A DNA stretch of 63,896 nucleotides, counting the filler, from an uncultured Planctomycetaceae bacterium (GTDB lineage Bacteria; Planctomycetota; Planctomycetia; Planctomycetales; Planctomycetaceae), in assembly GCA_963976765.1 (NCBI GenBank). It is 3 parts of 3 records of this genome, joined end to end, with 100 filler letters (N's around TTAATTAATTAA, not from the genome) between each part and the next. Parts side by side here need not be neighbours in the genome. Positions count along the whole stretch, not along the records: positions 1 to 29,017 come from CAXBME010000052.1; 2 more parts are not named here. The stretch is one strand, 5' to 3'. The position numbers and the translations under genes were made by a program. The notes beneath the pieces were generated by a model. It was not told the DNA's origin and ran no database searches. It saw only the letters and a list, made by a program, of their open reading frames with translations. Positions 8,995-17,340 of the stretch are shown piece after piece (positions within the stretch are counted from its first letter, which is position 1; every line of letters starts with the position of its first letter).

Positions 8995-9587
8995 GAGTCT
9001 TAGCAATCGACCCAGGAACGACGAAGAGTGGGTGGTGCTTGCTAGAGGACGGCGTACCGAAGGATTGGGCATGGGAGGACAACCGTGAGATAGCGTCGTG
9101 CCTTATCAATATCGGCTACCCGCAAGCTGATGTTCTTGTAATCGAAGATGTCGGGCATTATGGATTGCCTGTTGGGAAGGATGTGTTTGAGACGGTCAAG
9201 TGGATAGGAAAGTTTGAGCAAGGGTTTGAGCATTTCTATTGGGATGAATTTCTGCGTAGCGAGGATACGGGAAGCGAATCCGCCCTGCCCAGAGCCGTCC
9301 TAATCCCTCGTCCCGAAGTCCTCGTGAACCTCTGCGGTAAGCGGCAGGGAGCCAACGACAGTAGCGTGCGCCAAGCCCTGATCGACCGCTTCGGCGGGAA
9401 CGAGGTAGCTGTCGGCGGGAAGAAGTGTCAGACCTGTAAGGGCAAGGGCTGGAAGGGGACTGGTCGCCCCGTATGCCCCGAGTGCGACGGCGACAAATAC
9501 GAGACCCCGCCGGGAGTCCTGCACGGCATCTCAGGCCACTCCTGGAGCGCACTAGCGGTCGGGGTTACTTACCTCGATCTTCGCTAG
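8991..9587 (+). CDS. RuvC-like Holliday junction resolvase with DnaJ-type zinc-finger insertion
   Basis: VLAIDPGTTKSGW, LVIE, HSWSALAV; CQTCKGKG...CPECDG. Confidence 0.8.
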   Translation: MRVLAIDPGTTKSGWCLLEDGVPKDWAWEDNREIASCLINIGYPQADVLVIEDVGHYGLPVGKDVFETVKWIGKFEQGFEHFYWDEFLRSEDTGSESALPRAVLIPRPEVLVNLCGKRQGANDSSVRQALIDRFGGNEVAVGGKKCQTCKGKGWKGTGRPVCPECDGDKYETPPGVLHGISGHSWSALAVGVTYLDLR

Positions 9588-10511
9588 TCTCGCAATCACG
9601 GTGAGTACCCTCTCATACACCCTGTCCAACCGGGCCTTAGTTTTAGATGGTGCGCCCGTAGATAGATGCCCGTTCCAGAGGAACACGAAGGACAGAGCAG
9701 CCACATAGAGCACTCCGATCAACAGCGATGGAGCCAGTATCAGGACAACGGCAACCCGCCGTAGGATTCCAATTAAGAACTCTTTAAGTTTCCGAATCAC
9801 GAGTCTCCCCTTTCCGGGTTGAGCCAGCCAGCTAAGTGCTAGACCGACCTCGTACAAAATTATGATGGGACCGGCAAGCATGAGTTGGTTCACGATATCC
9901 ATAGTCGGCGTCAGGATGGCACTGACGATGATGGCTACGGGTGGAACGAACTTCCGCACCCTCTTGAACCGGCGGTAAGAAATGAGCCGCAGCTTCGCCA
10001 GCAGGAACATCAAGAGCGGCAACTCAAAGATGATCCCGAGCCAGAATATGAGCGTTATGACTAGGCTCAGATACTCACTAATGCGAATGGTCGGGACAGC
10101 TATGCCCTCGCCAAAGTGCAGCAGAAATGCAATCCCCACAGGGAGCATCAGGAAGTAGGCGAACGACACCCCGGCGAGATAGCACAGGAGGATCGCTGGC
10201 AGGAACAGGGCGACAAGCCGCCGCTCACTACGCTTGAGCAACGGGCGCACCAGGTAGAAGACGGTTCCTACCAGAACGGGAATAGCAAAGACCACGCCGC
10301 CCACTACCGACAGCTTGATGGTCGTACTAAGTATCTCGGTGGGGCTGATGTAGACAGGAAGCCCCTGATGGGGACTGAGCATCCCGTCAGCCGGGGCGGT
10401 CAGCCACCCAAAAATCGTTACGCGGAAGTACCACGTAAGACCAGCCCCGGTCCCAAACGCTAGGAGTACCCCTAGCAGCCCGAAGCGTATCCTCCGGGCG
10501 AACCGCGTCAT
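9552..10511 (-). CDS. tatC: TatC (twin-arginine translocase) homologue with C-terminal membrane extension
   Basis: Six TM pattern with SPTE, P.L...ERR, G..FAYF..LP, I.I.EY, GIIFELP, AILTP..D..NQ...A.P...LYE. Confidence 0.92.
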   Translation of the reverse strand: MTRFARRIRFGLLGVLLAFGTGAGLTWYFRVTIFGWLTAPADGMLSPHQGLPVYISPTEILSTTIKLSVVGGVVFAIPVLVGTVFYLVRPLLKRSERRLVALFLPAILLCYLAGVSFAYFLMLPVGIAFLLHFGEGIAVPTIRISEYLSLVITLIFWLGIIFELPLLMFLLAKLRLISYRRFKRVRKFVPPVAIIVSAILTPTMDIVNQLMLAGPIIILYEVGLALSWLAQPGKGRLVIRKLKEFLIGILRRVAVVLILAPSLLIGVLYVAALSFVFLWNGHLSTGAPSKTKARLDRVYERVLTVIARLAKIEVSNPDR

Positions 10512-10513
10512 TC

Positions 10514-10669
10514 TTAGACCGCTGCTTTAGCCTTCTTTGCGACCGTTTCTGCGGCAGCAGGAGCGTTGCGGCGAGCACGGTTGGTGGCAGTACGCCAGAG
10601 CCAGCCTCCGCCACCTAGCATAAACACAATGGCGACAACTGCGATTCCGCCTAATACCCATTCATTCAT
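10514..10669 (-). CDS. 51-aa single-TM protein with basic amphipathic tail, TatA-like architecture (not in ORF track)
   Basis: MNEWVLGGIAVVAIVFMLGGGGWLWRTATNRARRNAPAAAETVAKKAKAAV*; AGGAG RBS; ends 2 nt before tatC ATG. Confidence 0.65.
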   Translation of the reverse strand: MNEWVLGGIAVVAIVFMLGGGGWLWRTATNRARRNAPAAAETVAKKAKAAV

Positions 10670-10684
10670 ATCTATTTCTCCTGC

Positions 10685-10948
10685 TTACTTACGTTCACGC
10701 TTCGTGCTGGTGATGGAGTCTAACCGATCCTCAATAGCACCGGAGCCTCGCTGGAACTTACGCACGACTGACGTGAATTTGCCCATGCCTGACTGCGTTG
10801 TAACAGCCGACACGGTTCCGACAAAGAAAATGGGACGGATGACGTTCATCACACCACTGGACACCCCGCCTAGAAAGAACTCTAGGATGCGGACCACGAT
10901 GATCCCACCCAGTACGCCCCCGAGAAGAGGGCCAAGCAACCATCCCAT
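10685..10948 (-). CDS. 87-aa membrane protein (TatB/TatA-like or holin-like)
   Basis: Gly-rich hydrophobic N-terminus, amphipathic GMGKFTSVVRKFQRG, basic tail; GAGGT RBS. Confidence 0.6.
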   Translation of the reverse strand: MGWLLGPLLGGVLGGIIVVRILEFFLGGVSSGVMNVIRPIFFVGTVSAVTTQSGMGKFTSVVRKFQRGSGAIEDRLDSITSTKRERK

Positions 10949-10954
10949 AACGTA

Positions 10955-11230
10955 TTACCTCTTCGGTCGCTTCTCGTCTTTGTCTCCAGCGAGAGCACCA
11001 AGAAAACTTTCGACCGCAGCGAACCCACGGCTCGTAACGGTCGCTATCCCTGCTGCCCTGGCATTGTCCACGATACCGATAAACCGATCCTTAACATCGT
11101 TGAGGGACATCAAGGCTTCCTCTACTTCTTCCGTTACCTCCACCTCTTCGATCACCTCGCTTACTTTAACACCCTCTACCTCTTCGACCGCCTCCTCCAC
11201 TGGCTCCGGTGTCTCGTTCTCGTTCACCAT
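10955..11230 (-). CDS. Protein with Glu-rich N-terminus and amphipathic C-terminal helix
   Basis: 91-aa ORF, coupled within the late operon. Confidence 0.7.
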   Translation of the reverse strand: MVNENETPEPVEEAVEEVEGVKVSEVIEEVEVTEEVEEALMSLNDVKDRFIGIVDNARAAGIATVTSRGFAAVESFLGALAGDKDEKRPKR

Positions 11231-11419
11231 CTAATCATCCCCTTGCTTATCCTGGGACGAGGCGTCCTTCTCGCAGTCACATGCAGGGGCTTCAGCTTTC
11301 TCTGCCTCTAGTTCGTCTATCCGACGACTCATCGCCTGTGCGGTAACTGCCTGTGCAAATGCAGGAGTCGAGTTGAGTACGGTCTGGATGTCTGCCATTT
11401 CGATTGCTACTTCAGCCAT
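11231..11419 (-). CDS. Phage hypothetical protein
   Basis: AGGAG RBS, 62 aa. Confidence 0.65.
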   Translation of the reverse strand: MAEVAIEMADIQTVLNSTPAFAQAVTAQAMSRRIDELEAEKAEAPACDCEKDASSQDKQGDD

Positions 11420-11428
11420 GTGTATCTC

Positions 11429-11635
11429 CTAAGACGCGATTGAGGTTGTCGGTACGGGGTTCGCTGTGTCGATCACATGCGCCCGGTACTTCTGCACAAG
11501 CGACTGGAATTGTCGCAGTCCCCACGTCTTCACCTCATCGTCGGTCGGGGTGTCCTCCGATCCCTGATGGAACTGGAGTGCAGCCTTGAGTTCGTCCATC
11601 TGTGCCGTCGTGACGGTGTATTCAATCGTTGCCAT
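11429..11635 (-). CDS. Small protein downstream of tail fibre (possible fibre chaperone)
   Basis: Position and AGGAG RBS. Confidence 0.55.
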   Translation of the reverse strand: MATIEYTVTTAQMDELKAALQFHQGSEDTPTDDEVKTWGLRQFQSLVQKYRAHVIDTANPVPTTSIAS

Positions 11636-11637
11636 AT

Positions 11638-14634
11638 TTACTCTCCTGCTGGCATCAGGGCCAGCATATCTCGTGTCTTTGTCGGTAGCTTCGCACGCTG
11701 CGTGTCACTGAGGACGCTCACGATGTCGGCTATCCAAGATGCGTTCTGGAAAGCCATGTCCCAGCCAAGCATAACGGACTTCTGTATCGCCATAAACGGA
11801 GCCTCGCCGCCTTCATCTGCCCACATGATCTTATTGTCGGCAAGGAAGGCTTTCCCGCCGTCAACAATCCCCGCAAATCTGTCGTTCAGGAACGATCCCG
11901 CAGGAGCAAGTTCAGCCCTACCAGCACGAGCCATAAGAGCGTCCGGGTAGTCGTCCAACGCTGTGAGCGTCGTGTTGGTAATGTGGAGATCACCGTTACC
12001 CTTGAAGATGGCACGGGATGTGACACTGTTCCTGATTACGAAGGCGTTAGCCGTCGTGCCTACATCCCCGGCAGTAGCAGCATCGCTTTTCTGCGCCGAG
12101 AACATGATGTTGCCCTCTGACGAACTGGTATCGGTCGTGATTTCGGTGGCGGCTCGGCCCCAGTTACTATGTGCTACCGACGCATCCGTATAACCGATGT
12201 AGTTGGACCCACCGTCAGCCCCGGTGTACTTCGTTATCGCTAGGAACGTATCGGTCTCAGCTAAGTCCGTCATGGGGTGGTCAACGTCGGACGATTTAAG
12301 TGCGAACGCCTCGTTGTCAGTAGCAGCCTGATTGATGGTCAGACCTTGCGTCATCTTGGTGTTGGCGGTGTCGCCTATGTAAAGAGTGCCGCTGTCAAGC
12401 GACATGCGAGTTGCAGCCCCGACGTTCCAGTGCATGAAGTCGGTATTATGGTTGTATTGGAACACCCCTCGCTCGTTAGATGTCGGGGAGCCGAAGTTAA
12501 TACTCGCGACGTTCGCTGCTGGAGTGAGGATTTGGATGATTGCGCTGTTATTGTTCTCAACCGTCAGAACGGTATTAGAAGCCGACGCAATCGTCCCAGC
12601 CGTGGCGTTGTGGATGTGGAGGTTGGAGTCGGGTGTTGCGATGCCGATGCCCACATCCCCAGCAGCGTCGATCAGCAGCCGCTCAGTAGCCGCTGATGCT
12701 CCGTCCGCTGTCGTAGCGAACACCAACTCAGTCGGCATATCTCCATTACCGGGAGTCCCGTTTACACGAGCGAAGACCTCTGCACCGATAGTAGCTGCCG
12801 CATTTCCGTCTGCTCCGAACCAGATCAGCTTCCCGAGAATGTCGTTATCTGCAACGATAGTGTTCCCGGCCAGATCAGCGTGCCGACTCTTGCCCATGCC
12901 GATCATCGGGCCAAATGCGTCAGCACTATATCGAACCGCCCCAATCCCTGAGTCTGCGGCAGTCCCAAGAACTTGAAACTCAGGTGTCGCATAAGCAGCC
13001 CACATAGTAGTGTCAAATGCCGAGTGGCCTACGATGAGGCCAGAACCGTCAGCGATAGTCGTGTCACCGTCGTGGGCGTTGCTACCCGCAGCAGCAGCCC
13101 AAGCTATATCTGTACCGTCAGACGTAAGAACATAATTGGCAGACCCTTTAACCAATGCCGAAGGGTTGCCGCTTGAGTCCCCGATTATCATTGAGCCTCT
13201 AGTGAGACCCGCCATCTTTGCCAGAGTTACTTGGTCATCTGCTATGTGAGCGGTGTCGATAGACCCAGCAGCATAGTGTTCACTATCAATGGCATCGTCG
13301 GCTATGTGGGCGTTATCAATAGAGCCGTCTGTGTAATGTTCGCTATCAATAGCATTGTCAGCGATCTTGGCCCCGGTGATGGCATCGGCAGCTATGTAAG
13401 CAGAGGCAATCGCTGTTCCCTGCCATGTACCACTACCAATAGTGCCTACCGTTACCAGGTTAGCTGCGGCTGTTATAGACCCCTGTGTACCAGTTGAGAC
13501 CGTACCTGAAAGATTGCCCGCGAATACCGTAGAGGTAAGAGTCCCGGTGCTGGGGTTGTAGTTTAATGTCCCATCGGATTCAAGACCGATATTCCCGCCA
13601 TCTACATCACCACCGGAAGTGAAGATAATCGCGTTAGCTTCGTCCGTATCTTCGTTGTCAGTAATCGTGACTGTTGTTGCCACCGCCGCTGTGTCCGCAG
13701 CAATAGTTCCGCTAACAGTTAGGTCGCCTGTAATAGCGACGGTGTTAGTCCCGCCTGCCGTACTGATTGCAATTACATCGGCTGACCCATCAGTAATGCT
13801 TAGAGCATCAGCAAGCCCATTCGCTAGAACAATCTCGTTGGTTCCAGTACCACCTGTGAACTGAAGGTCTACGTTGGCTCCGAAAGCCACAGAGACAGCA
13901 CCGTCACCGCCATAGGTCAACGTGCCAGAAGAGTGAGTCAGCGTTACATCGCCACCGTCAAGGTTGACGACACCGCCTGACCCCAGATGGAGGTCGTTAA
14001 ACCCGAGAGCTGTAGTACCCAGGTCTAACCCGGCATCGGCTTCAGGCCATAGCGCAGCACCACTCAGATGCAGTTCCTCGACAAGCGTGCCAGCAGCCAT
14101 TGTCCAGAGGTTAAGCTGCCCGTCCTCACTTCCGTTTGAGACATCAACACCTTCCCATTCCAACCGCCCAGCAACCCACTGTTCTTTCGATGTAGCGTCA
14201 TTCGACAACTCGAAGTTGATGTAACCCTTGTCGCCGTCTGAAGGAGTGTCTGCGGTCTCTGCCCCGCTGGACTCAGTAGAAGGACGGAAGCCGAATACCG
14301 CTACAAGGGACGAGGCTTCACTGGTTGTTGAGAAAACTTCTAGCGCAGCACTCGCTGTCGTAGGGTTCCGTGCCTGGAGTGACGTGACTTGCACTTCTGC
14401 GAGTGAAGACCACCATATCTGCTCAGACCCGTTAACAATCTTTACGTCAAATCGCCCGAACCCGGAGTCAGAAATACCGAACTTTCCGCTCGTAAAGGTA
14501 GAGTCTTCAGTTCCCCTTGTCGGAGTAGTAGTTCCGATGTCGTAACTATTTGCGGTGACACCTGACGTAATCAGGTTGCCTGAACCGTCTCTTAGTACGC
14601 CTGCAAACCGGACACCCGTTGTAGGTTCGGCCAT
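11638..14634 (-). CDS. Tail fibre/tailspike protein (998 aa)
   Basis: G/T/S/A/D-rich beta segments, IDSEHY/IDxAHI repeats, GDVGIG.ATP..NLHI fibre motif, helical C-terminal domain. Confidence 0.82.
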   Translation of the reverse strand: MAEPTTGVRFAGVLRDGSGNLITSGVTANSYDIGTTTPTRGTEDSTFTSGKFGISDSGFGRFDVKIVNGSEQIWWSSLAEVQVTSLQARNPTTASAALEVFSTTSEASSLVAVFGFRPSTESSGAETADTPSDGDKGYINFELSNDATSKEQWVAGRLEWEGVDVSNGSEDGQLNLWTMAAGTLVEELHLSGAALWPEADAGLDLGTTALGFNDLHLGSGGVVNLDGGDVTLTHSSGTLTYGGDGAVSVAFGANVDLQFTGGTGTNEIVLANGLADALSITDGSADVIAISTAGGTNTVAITGDLTVSGTIAADTAAVATTVTITDNEDTDEANAIIFTSGGDVDGGNIGLESDGTLNYNPSTGTLTSTVFAGNLSGTVSTGTQGSITAAANLVTVGTIGSGTWQGTAIASAYIAADAITGAKIADNAIDSEHYTDGSIDNAHIADDAIDSEHYAAGSIDTAHIADDQVTLAKMAGLTRGSMIIGDSSGNPSALVKGSANYVLTSDGTDIAWAAAAGSNAHDGDTTIADGSGLIVGHSAFDTTMWAAYATPEFQVLGTAADSGIGAVRYSADAFGPMIGMGKSRHADLAGNTIVADNDILGKLIWFGADGNAAATIGAEVFARVNGTPGNGDMPTELVFATTADGASAATERLLIDAAGDVGIGIATPDSNLHIHNATAGTIASASNTVLTVENNNSAIIQILTPAANVASINFGSPTSNERGVFQYNHNTDFMHWNVGAATRMSLDSGTLYIGDTANTKMTQGLTINQAATDNEAFALKSSDVDHPMTDLAETDTFLAITKYTGADGGSNYIGYTDASVAHSNWGRAATEITTDTSSSEGNIMFSAQKSDAATAGDVGTTANAFVIRNSVTSRAIFKGNGDLHITNTTLTALDDYPDALMARAGRAELAPAGSFLNDRFAGIVDGGKAFLADNKIMWADEGGEAPFMAIQKSVMLGWDMAFQNASWIADIVSVLSDTQRAKLPTKTRDMLALMPAGE
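13211..13385 (-). repeat. 10/20-aa tandem repeats in tail fibre
   Basis: AIDSEHYTDGSIDNAHIADD / AIDSEHYAAGSIDTAHIADD. Confidence 0.85.
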
Positions 14635-14636
14635 TT

Positions 14637-15062
14637 CTATACTCCTCGAAGGGCTTCTAGCGGTCCACGGCCACGCGTTCCTGCGATAGCATCACGAACT
14701 GCTGCGTCAGCACGTAGCTGCGCTTCTCTTTCCGAAATGAACTCCATGCGGAGTCCGCTCTTTTCTAGCTGAACTCGTTGCATCCGGTCTAATGCAAGAC
14801 TTCCGAACGGCGGCGTGTGAAACCGCGCTCCCTGCACGTTGATCCCAACTCTCGGAGTAAAGATAACAAAGTCGGGAATAATCCCACCTCGTTGAGTCCT
14901 GCCCCCGAATGTGCTGGTCTGGTACTGGAAGTCTACCCCTTCTTTCCGACCTGTACGAAGAATCGCTCGATAAACGTAATACTCAGGATCACTCCCAGGC
15001 CAAGAATCGGGAACAATAGGAAGTAATCTTCCTTGCGGTCCTCGTTCTTGCTGCGTCGTCAT
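14637..15062 (-). CDS. PD-(D/E)XK nuclease-like protein (DUF559/Vsr-like)
   Basis: S.PE...F.YQ...IPDFVI....GINVQG..FH...D. Confidence 0.65.
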   Translation of the reverse strand: MTTQQERGPQGRLLPIVPDSWPGSDPEYYVYRAILRTGRKEGVDFQYQTSTFGGRTQRGGIIPDFVIFTPRVGINVQGARFHTPPFGSLALDRMQRVQLEKSGLRMEFISEREAQLRADAAVRDAIAGTRGRGPLEALRGV

Positions 15063-16981
15063 CGGTCAATACTCTGTCGGGGTTCTCCAAACTCGATGAG
15101 AACACGGTTTGACGGTATCCCAAGATTCCCACTTCTATCGGAAACCTGAAGATTCAAAACGTCCATGTAATAGTTTTGCGGGTTGTTCGTGCCGTCGTCG
15201 CTGCGCCACGTAACCTCGACAAGAGGATTCGAGTATCGAGCAGCAAGCAGGTTCTTGACCTGTTGTGAAGGCGGAACCCCGGCAACCGTTCGCTCAACCT
15301 TGATAAGCGCACGCACACCAAAGATCGCAGGAACACGCTTGCGATAGGTCAAGAACATCTTGTGCAAGTCAGGCGTCGCTGTGACCGTAGAGTCACGCGT
15401 CCACGTAACCCTGAACTTGATGTACCTGTTCGTCACACCCGTTACATCAGAAGACGAGGGAAGCGTGTATTCGCTCTCTCCAGTCGCCGTCTTGGTCGCG
15501 AGCGTGGTGTAACTTTCGATAAGATCAATCGCATACTCAAACTTCAAAGTAGCGTCTGAACTCGGGTGCGTAGAGTCCACCCAGAGCGACAGCGCAAGTT
15601 TGTCCTGGTTGCTTACACCGCCGTCAAACCACGGAGTTTCCAACTCGGCAGTCGTGTCGTAGTTCTGCTCCGATATCTGTGTCGGGTTGATAACGTCAAC
15701 CGGAAGTTGCATGTAATAAACACGCTGGTTGTGCGCCCACCACATTCGATAAGCGTTGTACGAACTCGACACAAGAGCCGAAGAAATTGCTCTTCCTACT
15801 TGTGGAGATACCCACTTCACTTCCCATCCTCGACCGTCCCAGCCAAGAATGTGAGAAAGACCTCTGGATACGCCAAACGTGGAATAACCCACACCGGCCA
15901 TTGCCATGACGCCTGTGAACGGGCGTGTCACGAGAGTAGTCGTACTGACTGCGGTAGTCGCATCAATAACTGCAAGCAACTCGTTGTGGGACTTGAGAAG
16001 TTGGCTGATAGCCCCACGCCGGGTTGCAGGCAGTCCGTCGTCAAGGTCCGGGCCTACAACGTCTACAACAGTCTGGTCTGAACCTGCCTGGAATCGGTAG
16101 ATAGCGTTCCCGGCTGAGTTGAACAGTTGGCCTCGAAAGACTTCATGCCCATCTCCACCTTGAGGATGGAAGGGAAGCTGAAGGTCTGTCGGAACGAAGC
16201 GAGTGTTTACGTTGTCGTGAACATAGAGGGTTGTTCGTGTGTGGGCATAAATGTGCTGCTCACGATCTGGGCCACGAGCAATCTCTAAGCCTGTGACAAC
16301 CTGTCCGTCCACTGGCAAAAGCGCATCAGGCGTCCAACTGCCTGACAGGTCGTCTGTGTAGTAAAGCTGGCCTGTTGCATCTATACCCCAGAGGAAGTCG
16401 TTCCAGAACACCACGTACTTGATGTCGGTCGTGTTCGACGCCCAGGTATCTGAAGCCGTGGCGTAATGGACTTCTGATCCGGTCGCAATAACAAGCGTAT
16501 CCGTCGCTGTATCGCTTGGATAAAGTTTCCCCGATGTCCAATCGGTCGCATCATTGTTAAGTGTGACAACCGACGATCCCCACGAGTCAGCACCGTTGCT
16601 GTAGACGTGAACCTTTACTCCAACGCAGGAATAGATTTGATTCTTGAAGTCGGCAAGAAGGGTTATGTCGGCAACGGTTGAGTCCGCTGCTGTAGTGACT
16701 GCCTGTATCGGCAGAACAAGGTGGCCTCGATGACGAAGCTGCGCTGTAGACCACCACGCACGGTTGCCGTCTGTGCGGATGTCCATGACGTTGATACCGA
16801 TACCGTCACGGAGGTCGGTCACTTCCCATGTGGAAGCAAGCGGGTTGGATGCGTCGGTCGTATCCCCGATAACGACTTTACCGGGAGGCTGTGAGATATC
16901 GAACCACGACACATCACCGTCCAGTTGATAACGCTCACCGTTAATGCTGATCTCGCCGTCTTGGATGATGCGCGCTGCCAT
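15059..16981 (-). CDS. Tail tubular/nozzle (stabilization) protein
   Basis: 640 aa, beta-propeller-like, ELETPWFDGG motif; located between adaptor and fibre. Confidence 0.65.
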   Translation of the reverse strand: MAARIIQDGEISINGERYQLDGDVSWFDISQPPGKVVIGDTTDASNPLASTWEVTDLRDGIGINVMDIRTDGNRAWWSTAQLRHRGHLVLPIQAVTTAADSTVADITLLADFKNQIYSCVGVKVHVYSNGADSWGSSVVTLNNDATDWTSGKLYPSDTATDTLVIATGSEVHYATASDTWASNTTDIKYVVFWNDFLWGIDATGQLYYTDDLSGSWTPDALLPVDGQVVTGLEIARGPDREQHIYAHTRTTLYVHDNVNTRFVPTDLQLPFHPQGGDGHEVFRGQLFNSAGNAIYRFQAGSDQTVVDVVGPDLDDGLPATRRGAISQLLKSHNELLAVIDATTAVSTTTLVTRPFTGVMAMAGVGYSTFGVSRGLSHILGWDGRGWEVKWVSPQVGRAISSALVSSSYNAYRMWWAHNQRVYYMQLPVDVINPTQISEQNYDTTAELETPWFDGGVSNQDKLALSLWVDSTHPSSDATLKFEYAIDLIESYTTLATKTATGESEYTLPSSSDVTGVTNRYIKFRVTWTRDSTVTATPDLHKMFLTYRKRVPAIFGVRALIKVERTVAGVPPSQQVKNLLAARYSNPLVEVTWRSDDGTNNPQNYYMDVLNLQVSDRSGNLGIPSNRVLIEFGEPRQSIDR

Positions 16982-17325
16982 TAACTGATCGACCTTCCAG
17001 ACGTGAACTCAGCTACCCACTCAATGTCGTCGTTGGTACTTGCGGCGTTTCCCTGAAAGTTACTGAACCGTTCATGGATATCGAGAAGTTGAAGAGAGCC
17101 ACCTGGCACTAACGTAATGCCGTAGGAACTCGTAACAGTCGCGGTACTGCCATCTCTACCGAGTCTCCCGATAAAGACGTTCCCGCTGTTTGCTGCCGGT
17201 GCTCTGAACTCAATCATAGTGACGACAGAACCAGCACGTATAACAGCTTGCGCTGCAAGGTCTCCCGAAAATTTCTCAGCAGTCCCGGCTGAGTTGATGT
17301 TGAGTCGTCCGAAGTCAACTGCCAT
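16981..17325 (-). CDS. Small virion-associated beta protein
   Basis: APAANSGNVFIG...GITLVPG. Confidence 0.6.
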   Translation of the reverse strand: MAVDFGRLNINSAGTAEKFSGDLAAQAVIRAGSVVTMIEFRAPAANSGNVFIGRLGRDGSTATVTSSYGITLVPGGSLQLLDIHERFSNFQGNAASTNDDIEWVAEFTSGRSIS

Positions 17326-17340
17326 TAGAAACCTCGTGCG

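Noticed and set aside
9552..10511. tatC as a host gene at a prophage boundary
   Set aside because: Flanked on both sides by phage genes, coupled to the late operon, with no att site or other host genes nearby.
11638..14634. Diversity-generating retroelement acting on the tail fibre
   Set aside because: No reverse transcriptase and no TR/VR pair seen; repeats are in-frame structural repeats.
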